Source: Octopus sinensis (lineage: Eukaryota). From it: a stretch of DNA of 12,604 nucleotides. Position numbers and translations under genes: made by a program. The notes under the pieces were generated by a model. That model had not been told where the DNA came from, made no database searches, and was given only the letters and a program-made list of their open reading frames with translations. Below are positions 1 through 8,494 of the stretch, in pieces; positions within the stretch are counted from its first letter, which is position 1, and the number at the start of each line of letters is the position of its first letter. Location: NCBI RefSeq assembly GCF_006345805.1, contig NW_021826556.1, positions 1 through 12,604 of the forward strand, read 5' to 3'.

Positions 1-15
1 ACTTCCTCTAGCATG

Positions 16-210
16 CAGTAATCCCTCGCCATATCGCGGTTCACCTATCGTGGTTTATTATTTAAGTTTGCGTCGATTCCTCCGTAGTTTTGTCATAAAA
101 CGAATATAAGAATAATAAAAAAAATACACAGTACTGTTTCTAATTCGCGGATTTTTAGCTATCGCGAGGGTTTTTGAAATATAACACCCGCGATAGTCGG
201 GGGATTACTG
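16..210. mobile_element. Tigger/pogo-like (Tc1/mariner superfamily) MITE
   Basis: Imperfect terminal inverted repeats: CAGTAATCCCTCGCCATATCGCGG (16-39) versus the reverse complement of 188-210, CAGTAATCCCCCGACTATCGCGG. CAGT termini, flanked by TG on the left (mutated TA) and TA on the right. Internal TATCGCG-like subterminal repeats and no ORF. Confidence 0.85.
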
Positions 211-344
211 TAATCTTATACTGTTATAGACTTGTGACACATGACTTTTGTAAACAGCTTATAGAAGTGAGACAAGAAACATATGAGCTAGTTTTTAGAT
301 CTTTATCGCCCTCCTTGTGAAGAAAGATGGTATTCGATGTGCCC

Positions 345-680
345 AGGTCAAACCTGGACAAGACCCTAAAGCCAGAATTTTATATAGCACCGTCCTATCT
401 GCTCTTATATGCAAATGAGACGTGGGCTATTACGAAGAGGGATAAAACATCGATTGGCTACGACGCAAAGGGCCATTGAAAGATCCATGCTAAAAATATC
501 ATTGCGAGAGTATATCCGAAATCCGATAATTTCAGAAAGAAGGGAAGTGAACGACGTGATCGCAGAATACTGAAAACACAAGTTTCACAGTGTTGGGACA
601 TGTCATAAAGTCCACAGACAACCGTTGCACCCATGCAGTTCCTGGCTGGTATCCATGAGCCAGAGAAGACCAATTGAAAG
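345..680 (+). mobile_element. Decayed RTE-type LINE, 3' (post-RT) fragment
   Basis: Manual translation across frameshifts gives KARILYSTVLSAL/LYANETWAITKRD (about 368-445), GHVIK (596-610) and WYP*..RRPIER (about 648-681). These match the RTE C-terminal motifs LLYGxETW, WxGHV and WxP..KRPxGRP in the right order. Confidence 0.75.
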
Positions 681-884
681 GTTTTCTTCATCATGTACTT
701 ATTCTGGTTATTATACATTCAGAACAGTCTCCTTCATTGGTAATTAATTCACATAAGTAACGAAGCTAACGATTATCTCTAGGGATCATCTGGACATTTC
801 CCGCGTGCTCCAGATGTTTATTGCTCCTGCGCGTTTATCACGAACAAAGTCGACATTCTCTGTTAAACCGCCTTTGTTACCACT

Positions 885-2530
885 TGGGTTTCCATAGCAC
901 TGAGTACATCGTATGGAATTTCTTCCTACTCCATTTTACATAGCAAGCAAGACCATTTCCTTGATTGAAGCGGAGTTCAGTCTGTTTTCTTGCGAAAACT
1001 TTAGTCAGTTGATAAGTTAGCTCTGAGGCTCTTTGGTTCCAGGTTTTGAATTCACTCCTCCTACAGATTCGGCTATAAGAATGACGTTATCAGCATAGAG
1101 GAATACCCGCGAGAGTCTGCTTTTAAACTCCACTGCTATGGTCTGGAGGATTATGATGAATAGAGAGGAAACTGGGAACTGGGAACTGGGCTCTGGTGGA
1201 CCCTAACCTGCACACCGAATTCTTCACTGTACACATTGTTAATTCTCACCATGCAAACAGCACCTCTCTACAAGGTTTCTATGGCTTTCCTAAGCTATTC
1301 GTCTGTTCCAAACTTCCTCAGAGACCACCAGATCACAAAGCGAGTGACCCTTCGAAGGTTTTCTCAAGGTCAACCAATAGTAAGTACAACGGCTTGCTCT
1401 TTGGTAAGTACTTCTACTGCAGCTGTCTCATTAGGAAGAGGATATCAGTAATAGTTCTTGACACAAAACCGAATTCATCTCATCAAGGATAATTCTCTCC
1501 CTAATCAACTGAGCTATTGTTACGGAAGGTTATTGAAGATTACGGCTTCCATGACTTGGTCCAGCAATTTGATATTGCTGTAATTATCTCTTTGTAAGGC
1601 ATCTCTTTTACTCTTATGATTATGATGGCGCTACGCCAGCCATTGTGTATGACTTTTTGTTCAACCTACACCACCAGAAATTATGCGTGATAGGCCAGGA
1701 GCTTGCCCTGCCTTCATCTCCTTAATTCATATCCCCAATTACTTTGTCTGTCATGCTGCTTTGTACACGAATGACTAATCCCTCCTTTGTTGAGTCCACA
1801 CTGGGAAGACCCTCTTTCTCCCATGCATTTTCCACATGTAATGGCTTTCCTTGCCTCTTTATTTTCTGAATCACTAAGTGTAAGCACGCCATTATCCATC
1901 CGGGCACACTTCTCATCCACAGCATATCGATTCTTTTTAATATATTGTCTAACAATATGAAACGCCCCACGATACAGAACATTGACAGACTTCTTGATTT
2001 CTGCTTCTCTCTTTATCTAACTTCCCATCTAGTTACCTATTATAGTTCTCTGCTGCCCTCCATTTTCCAATTTTTCAAACCTGTGTCTTCAATTTTGTAG
2101 TCCGCCACCGAGTCATCTTCGGTCAGCTGGAACTTTACACCAAATATGGATTTGGTCTGTAATACGCAACAGGTTTTCCCCTTGGAACTTCTAGTTGTCC
2201 TTTGTGCTATACGGCTCTAATCTCCTCCTCTTCCTCCTCTCCTCTTCTTCCTCCTCCTCTTCAAATGCTTCAGTTAGTAATTCTCTAAATGTATGAGAGT
2301 CCGATGGATCTTTAAACACTCATGTCTTCCTTTTCCAGACAGGTTTGTTTTCTCTGACCGTCTAGTTCTAAATCTGAAGTCACTAACTACTAACCTATGT
2401 TGGGTTGTACTTTCTTCAACAGGGAAAGACTTCATAAGCATCTCTCTATCCTGCTTGTGTATTTACCAGAATAATAGATAAGACGGCTGGCTGGCTGGCT
2501 TCCTGAAATCAGTAAAGTTATTATTGCAGA
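885..2530 (-). mobile_element. Decayed RTE-type LINE ORF (APE endonuclease C-terminus, linker, reverse transcriptase) with many stops and frameshifts
   Basis: Minus-strand motifs in canonical order: RKPAS..LIYYSG (about 2465-2510), FPVEESTTQHRLVVSDF (about 2375-2430), DEM.FGFV (about 1460-1490), VDLEKTF (about 1352-1374), IWWSLRKFG, EEFGVQVRVHQS..SLFII (about 1145-1230), LYADNVILIAES (YADN at 1086-1097), KWSCLLCK.GVGRNSIRCTQC (about 897-960). Confidence 0.93.
2221..2262. repeat. Degenerate (TCC)n pyrimidine tract inside the LINE
   Basis: TCTCCTCCTCTTCCTCCTCTCCTCTTCTTCCTCCTCCTCTTC. Confidence 0.8.
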
Positions 2531-2760
2531 AGTTAATGTCAGTTAATGTTGTTATATATCGGATGGTTCATTATGCTAATAATAAATATACGCACTGGTT
2601 CTTTTTCACTTCTTTTTATTTCATTTGTCAAATGGTGAACCATTTGACGAATTAATCGATTGTTTGATGGTTGATGAATCGTTCTGTCAATACCGTCTTT
2701 TCTACATCTTAGTCTCCAATTTAGACGCAATAATATCTAGTATGATTTTGATCATGTTTT

Positions 2761-3140
2761 GAGTGGCTGCGTGGCAAGTAGCTTGCTTCCCAGCCACATG
2801 GTTCGGGTTCAGTCCCACTGTGTTGCACGTTGAGCAAGTGTCTTCTACATAGCCTCGGGCCGACCAAGCCTTGTGAGTGATTGGTAGACGGAAGAAAGAA
2901 GCCCATCGTATATATGTATATATATGTATGTTGTGTGTGTGCATGTATTTGTGGTCTGTGTTTGTCCCCCCACCCCCCCCCCAAATATCGCTTCAAAACC
3001 GATGCTGGGTTGTCTACGTCCCCGATAGAATAAGTACTAGGCTAACAAAGAACAAGTTCTGGGGTCGATTTGCTCGACAAAAGGCGGTGTTCCAGCATGG
3101 CCGCAGTCAAATGACTGAAACAAGTAAAAGTAAAGGAGTA
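2761..3140 (+). mobile_element. tRNA-derived SINE, family A, copy 1, with internal (TA)/(TG) microsatellite
   Basis: A-box-like TGGCTGCGTGG, B-box-like GGTTCAGTCCC, CORE-like TTGAGCAAGTGTCTTCTAC and an A-rich end GAAACAAGTAAAAGTAAA. Aligns along its length with the reverse complement of 4750-5353. Confidence 0.92.
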
Positions 3141-3930
3141 TTCGTGGTTATCTCCTGTAAGCAACCTTTAAGTCTACTCTCTTTTAAATTCTGAATTGAT
3201 GAAGAATTATAAGCTGCAGCTTTTCGTCCTTTATAAAATTCCATACAGATCCTAGACTTTTATTCTCTAGAGTGATATATAACTTTTGACGCATTTTGCA
3301 GACTGGCAAGGTGCACCATTCGGCTATAATATAGTGCAACTATGAATGGTCAAATCCGTATGGTAATTCTTCAGAATACCCAGCTAAGTTTTAAGTATTT
3401 TGGGTCGCACTTTGAAGGATTATCTAAATGCCAGTGCTTCCACTTTGCAGAACATATATTTCATTGGGTGGGCATTCATTGGCTAGACTTTTGCATATAT
3501 CTTTACCCAGAAATGCAGAATTTTGCGTGTGTACCTGGAGTCAATATAATCGATTTAACAATTCCTGGACATGAATATAAAAGAACTACAGTCCTTCTGC
3601 CGAGCTATGTCAAGCCAGTGTGACAGAGTAGGCTCATCAAATTAATATGATCTCCAGCTCAAATGCATGACCTCCACCTCAGACCATGGTTGTGGAGTAA
3701 ACATGCTTAGATACTTCGTCCTGCAGTGGATTAAACATTGGCAATCTAATCTAATGCAATCCACCCGGAAGTGCGCCTTAAGTTTGATGGACCACGAACT
3801 AAAGGAACAATAGATGCAACGCGCCAGTGTTGTTTCGACACGAACCAGGTTTATAAGCCACTCTTCATAAGGTCAGTTTTTATGATCCCAATAAAGTTTC
3901 AAATAACACTGGATTAATTTCCGTGGATAA

Positions 3931-4268
3931 AAGATCCCCTTTCGGTCATGAATAACCATGGGATTGCCCCTAGAAAGTTGTCCTCAGAGGCAAAAATCTG
4001 GACAAGGTTGTTTATGGAGGACCAGCAGTCGCCCATGCAAACCAGGCTCCCCTCTCCGCGGCACCGATGTTATCCAAGGGAAAGGCAAAGACCGATACAG
4101 CTTGGCACCAGTGATGTCGCAACTCATTTCTACAGCTGAGTGAACTGGAACAACATGAAATAAAGTGTCTTGCTCAAGAACACAACATACACAGCCGGTC
4201 CGGGAATCGAACTCACTACCTCAGTATTGTGAGCCCGACGCTCTAACCACTGAGCCATGCGCCTTCAC
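3931..4268 (-). mobile_element. tRNA-derived SINE, family B, full length with TSD
   Basis: The minus strand starts GTGAAGGCGCATGGCTCAGTGGTTAGAGCG...GAGTTCGATTCCC (A and B boxes). 12-bp TSD TTCYGTGGATAA at 3919-3930 and 4269-4280 (1 mismatch). Homologous to 9418-9717. Confidence 0.93.
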
Positions 4269-4280
4269 TTCTGTGGATAA

Positions 4281-4620
4281 TCAGTTGATGTCTTGCTATT
4301 AGAATTTTGTCGCTCTGCAGTCGACGTCTTATTGTCTAAGTGTAACATTTTACTGATGCTAGCAGCAGTTTTCGTATGTTATCATTTTCTAACATGGACA
4401 ATACTAGGCTTTTGTCGTAATCTATGTCCATCAGAACTACAGTACTTCCTTTGTCTGCTTCTTTAACTGTCAGACCCTTGTCGTTTTGTAGTTCAATTAT
4501 ATTTTACCATTCTAGATTGTTGAGGTTTGAATTAATTTTTCGTTTATGGAAAATTATTTGGGAAATTTTGGATATGGTACTGCTAGCCATAAATGAGAAT
4601 GCAATACAAAAACGATGAAT
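4281..4620 (-). mobile_element. Penelope-like retroelement remnant (RT N-terminal region), probably continuing past the SINE to about 3815
   Basis: Translation NSNLNNLEW*NIIELQNDKGLTVKEADKGSTVVLMDIDYDKSLVLSMLENDN matches the PLE signature NL..E..L..L..D..I.IK.ADKG..VV.MD..Y (ADKG at about 4447-4459). Boundaries are uncertain. Confidence 0.75.
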
Positions 4621-4949
4621 CATACGGTTATTTTGCAGAGTTGTGCTGCAAGGTCTGTATGACCTACAAAATGATTTGCATCTACTTGTCTCTTGAAAAT
4701 GATACAAAGCTTTCTGGAAATCAACAACAGACATATTTAGCTGAGTTGATTTTACTTGTTTCAGGCATTTGACTGTGGCCATGCTGGAGCACCGCCTCTT
4801 TAGTCGAGCAACTCGATCCCAGGACTTATTCTTTCTAAGCCTAGTACTTATTCTATCAGTCTCTTTTTTGCCGAACCGCTAAAATACGGGGACGTAAACA
4901 CACCACCATCGGTTGTCAAGTGATGTTCAAGGGACAAAACACAGACACA

Positions 4950-4958
4950 AACATATAC

Positions 4959-5018
<60 letters not shown>

Positions 5019-5073
5019 TTATATAATATATATATATACATATATACATACATATATATATACATATATATAT
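4950..5073. repeat. (TACA)/(TA)n microsatellite, resuming at 5192-5213
   Basis: Directly visible AT dinucleotide run inside SINE A copy 2. Confidence 0.97.
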
Positions 5074-5191
5074 CACGTGATTACGTGACCGACCAGACCA
5101 TCAGATGTTATTACACATCGCTGGTCACAATGCGTTCGCATTGTTTTAAGCCTTCGAATGACGCCATCCCGCTGGCTAAGCGAGCAGGCCA
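5074..5191. mobile_element. About 118-bp insert in the (TA)n tract, probably a truncated tail of another retroposon
   Basis: GC-richer block flanked by (TA)n on both sides and absent from the paralogous SINE at 2761-3140. Confidence 0.7.
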
Positions 5192-5948
5192 CATATATAT
5201 ATATACATATATAATTTCCGTCTACTAAATTCACTCACAAGGCATCGGTCGGCCCGAGGCTATAGTAGCAGACACTTTCCCAAGGTGCCACGCAGTGGGA
5301 CTGAACCCGGAACTATGTGGTTGGTAAGCAAGCTACTTACCACACAGCCAGTGCTCTTGTTGTTCCGTGAAACCACCCACATACTCATCGAAACATTCAA
5401 TGATTTTCAGTCACATAAGACCACATCTGTAATATATTACTCGTGCAGTATGCAGTTCGAACCTGACCCGCAAATGCGTATGATAATATACAAGAATCTC
5501 ATTCGACAGACAGATCTAATTAACATATTGATATTCGTAAGTCATGTTTTGTAAAACATCAGCTGGTGTTAAAATTCGCCGGAGATCACATGGAGCCTGG
5601 CACTTAACAGACATTGGCAAAACAATGCATTATGAGACAGCTGTCAGCTGACAAGTTGAAGTACTCATCACATATATATTATGTATGTGTTATATTTCTA
5701 TCTTTCTTAATTATTAAAATTTTTCCAATAAGAAAGCAGCTGGATGATTCCTAGCAAAGAAGCAAAGCTTTATTTCTGGCATTTGAGTAACAAAACCTCG
5801 AGTGTTTACATGCTGAATGGTTTCTCTTAACACGATGTTATTCCTAAAGTGCGTCTGAGATGGCCACTTCCTTTGCTTGAAACACATTTTTTGAGTTTGT
5901 CATTTAGACATTTCAAATCATAACCGAGTGCACCAACGATTATGGTTG

Positions 5949-6234
5949 AGCACTCTGTCGGTTATAATGACAAGTGTTCTAGTTGATTCGATCAACAGAA
6001 TATGTTGCTAATGAAATTAACGTTCAAGTGGCTAAGGACTCCGCAGTCATGCGTACCCTTAACGTGGTCCTCAGGGACAATCAGCGTAACACACCGCATG
6101 TGACAAGGCTGGCCTTTTGAAATACAGGTACTGCCCATTTTTGCTAGCTGAGTGGACTGGAGCAATCGGGAATCGAACTCACGACTATGCGATGGTGAAC
6201 CGAATACACTAACGACTAAATCACACGGCTTCAC
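5949..6234 (-). mobile_element. tRNA-derived SINE, family C, diverged and internally deleted
   Basis: B box GAGTTCGATTCCC on the minus strand (6167-6179). Core CTCCAGTCCACTCAGCT resembles family B. The tail 5949-6131 aligns with 8968-9147. Confidence 0.87.
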
Positions 6235-6346
6235 ACCGATGGTCATAGGTATGGATGTAAATGTAGAATCTGAGTGGTGAGTTACCGATTTCGAATCAGT
6301 TTTCCTTAAATATGTCCCTTCTCATTGATTTTCAAAGAGATATTGC

Positions 6347-6497
6347 TTTCTACACTAGGCACAAAGCCCAAAATTTTGGGGGAGGGGGTCAGTCGATTAG
6401 ATCGACCCCAGTACGCAACTGGTACTTAATTTATCAACCCCGAAAGGATGAAAGGCGAAGTCGACCTCGGCGGAGCTTGAACTCAGAACGTAAAGAC
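6347..6497 (-). mobile_element. SINE family E, 5'-truncated copy
   Basis: The reverse complement aligns end to end with 6860-7009 (GTCTTTACGTTCTGAGTTCAA...GCCTTTCATCCTT...CTGGGGTCGATCTAATCGA...GCCTAG.GTAGAAA). Confidence 0.9.
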
Positions 6498-6614
6498 CTG
6501 TTACGTTTGCAATTAGCAGAAGTTTTGACTTTAATATTCTACCAATATTCCTTGTGCTGATATGAATGTATTCTATATCTCAGATGGTCTTTTTTCACAA
6601 ATGGTACTGTATAT

Positions 6615-7012
6615 AAGGCGGCGCACTGGCAGAAACGTTAGCACGCCATGCGAAATGCCTAGCCGTATTTCGTCTGCCGTTACGTTCTGAGTTCAAATTC
6701 CGCCGAGGTCGACTTTGCCTTTCATCCTTTCGGGGTCGATTAAATAAGTACCAGTTACGCACCGGGGTCAATATAATCGACTTAATCCGTTTGTCTGTCC
6801 TTGTTTGTCCCTTCTGTGTTTAGCCCCTTGTGGGTAGTAAAGAAATAGGTATTTTGTCTGTCTTTACGTTCTGAGTTCAAATTCCGCCGAGGTTAACTTT
6901 GCCTTTCATCCTTCCGTGTTGATAATTTAAGTATCAGTTGCGTACTGGGGTCGATCTAATCGATTGACTCCCTTCCCCCAAAATTTCGGGCCTTATGCCT
7001 AGAGTAGAAAAG
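6615..7012 (+). mobile_element. Dimeric SINE, family E (core resembles the MetaSINE domain), with TSD
   Basis: Head AAGGCGGCGCACTGGCAGAAACGTTAGCA and B box GAGTTCAAATTCC. The core GCCTTTCATCCTT..GG.GTCGAT.AA.TAAGTA.CAG occurs twice (about 6665-6785 and 6849-6965). 16-bp TSD AAATGRTACTGTATAT at 6599-6614 and 7013-7028. The Meta-domain assignment is from memory. Confidence 0.92.
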
Positions 7013-7075
7013 AAATGATACTGTATATTCTATTAGCAGTGACACTTTGCCACACTGGATGGTAGTAGCTTAGTT

Positions 7076-7300
7076 GTACATACATATATTAATACACAAA
7101 TATACATTAATGTACATACATACACACACAAACACATACATACATACATACATACATACATACATACATACATACATACATACATACATACATACATTCG
7201 TACGAGCATGTATACATACATACATACATACATACATACATACATACATACATACATACATACATACATACATTCGTACGAGCTATTATACATACATACA
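7076..7300. repeat. (TACA)n microsatellite with two CATTCGTACGAGC interruptions
   Basis: Directly visible. Interruptions at 7195-7207 and 7271-7283. Confidence 0.97.
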
Positions 7301-7442
7301 TCGGTAATAGAAGTGAAACATTTAATAGACGGCAACACAACAGTTGAGAAGAAACGGGTGGTGGTTAAGCTCCACAGTCATGGTTCAAGTTGATTTTCAT
7401 AAGACTTTATAACTCTACACAGTCTTCTATGTCAGGTCTTTG
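7300..7442 (-). mobile_element. 3' UTR-only remnant of the RLE non-LTR element
   Basis: Collinear with 8648-8794 (ATCGGYAATAGAA...AACAGTTGA...GGTGGTGGTTAA...TTTCATAA.GACT.TATAACTCTA...CAGGTCTTTG), which follows the RLE ORF end. Confidence 0.75.
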
Positions 7443-7444
7443 GT

Positions 7445-8390
7445 CCACAATGATTTCCTGTAAACCAACTAGAATCCAAAGATTGCACAACGTTCTTTGA
7501 AGACCTTGAAAGTAACAAGCGCCGTTAGTAAGAGCATTTTGTTGGCCTCCTTTTGAATTGTTTTGTAGGAGATGATGCAATTGTTGATAGTTTATCTCAA
7601 CAAAATTTACATTATTGTATTAGGTGTAAGCCTACAAAGAATGACGTAGTTCTTGTGATTAAACTAATTGGTACCGACAAACCCCCGGATTAGATAGTAT
7701 CCCAATAAAACTACTGCAAATTGGTGGAAAAGAAGTTCTATCTGCCATGCTTGATGTAACAAACATCTAGGTAAGAACCCCGATACCATAAGACTGGATT
7801 GATGGAATTCCTGTCTCAATTTACAAAGAGATAGTATTTAAGTTTGTATGCGATACTTTTTGTGGTACCACTTTCGCCATAAAGTTTTATCTAGACTGTT
7901 ATCGAATCAATTAATGATGGACAACTGTCCTTCTCTGCTGCACAAAACAACCTGGTTTTAAATCAGGTAGGTATATCTTAGATATGACTGATGTTCCCTA
8001 CAGCCAGAAAACTTCAAGAAAACTGTATCGAGCAGCAGATGGTTCTATATCAAGTCTACGTTTACTAAGCAAAGACTTTTAATATCCTATCTACTATATG
8101 CAAAAGGGGTTTGAAATTTGAGGGCAGGGGATTAGTCGATTGCATCGACCCCAGTACGTAACTGGTATTTATTTCATCGATCCCGAAAGGATGAAAAGCA
8201 AACTGGTTTTTTGTGGAATTTGAACTCAAAACGTAAGGACGGATGAAATACCGCTAAGCATTTTTCCCGGTGTGCTAACAATTCTGCCAGCGCACCGCCT
8301 TCTGCAAAAGCTCTTAATATCGTTAACAGAGAAGTACTGGGGAAAATTCTTTACGGCTCGGGTTATCAACCAAATTTTGTGAACGTGTCA
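7445..8390 (+). mobile_element. Decayed RTE-type LINE RT fragment, interrupted by the SINE at 8087-8302
   Basis: TPGLDSIPIKLLQIGGKEVL...IP*DWIDGIPVSIYKE (7681-7830), PGFKSGR, TARKLQENCIEQQMVLYQVYV.*AKTF (about 7998-8080), resuming after the SINE as AKALNIVNREVLGKILYGSGYQPNFVN (8304-8385). The left boundary is approximate. Confidence 0.88.
8087..8302 (-). mobile_element. SINE family E, monomeric, diverged, with degraded TSD
   Basis: The reverse complement starts AAGGCGGTGCGCTGGCAGAATTGTTAGCAC, like 6615. TSD GCAAAGACTTTTAATATC (8069-8086) versus GCAAAAGCTCTTAATATC (8304-8321), 15/18 identical. Confidence 0.9.
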
Positions 8391-8454
8391 AGCAAAACGA
8401 TACCCCTTGCTCTTGTCTATTTTCAATATAATTTGCCACACTCCTTATTCATGC

Positions 8455-8494
8455 TTTTCAAGAATATAACATAACATTGTTATATTCTTGAAAA
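8455..8494. repeat. Perfect 17-bp inverted repeat with a 6-nt spacer
   Basis: TTTTCAAGAATATAACA-taacat-TGTTATATTCTTGAAAA. Confidence 0.95.

Larger units (their letters stand above)
4750..5353 (-). mobile_element. tRNA-derived SINE, family A, copy 2, with expanded (TA)n and a nested insert
   Basis: The reverse complement begins TGGCTGTGTGGTAAGTAGCTTGCTTACCAACCACATAGTTCCGGGTTCAGTCCCACTGCGTGGCACCTTGGG and is collinear with 2761-3140. Confidence 0.92.

Noticed and set aside
788-817. 8-bp stem CATCTGGA/TCCAGATG
   Set aside because: Short enough to arise by chance, with no supporting motif.
1196-1492. + strand ORFs 1196-1492 and 1236-1451
   Set aside because: Antisense shadows of the RT remnant.
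885-2530. Reverse transcriptase next to repeats as a retron, DGR or CRISPR-RT-like system
   Set aside because: The motifs and the upstream APE endonuclease identify a eukaryotic RTE LINE. It is full of stops and the context is animal repeat DNA.
3300-3810. ORF 3342-3623 and the surrounding sequence
   Set aside because: No recognisable domain. Probably further decayed repeat, but it cannot be assigned.
5356-5945. Unassigned unique-looking stretch as a host exon
   Set aside because: No recognisable protein motif or convincing splice-bounded frame. Left unannotated, and a BLASTX or RNA-seq check is needed.
6665-6965. Repeat-spacer-repeat as a CRISPR array
   Set aside because: Only two diverged units of about 120 bp, explained by the SINE dimer.
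7033-7393. ORFs of MYVC/HTYI repeats
   Set aside because: Stop-free read-through of (TATG)n in several frames and on both strands. Not coding.
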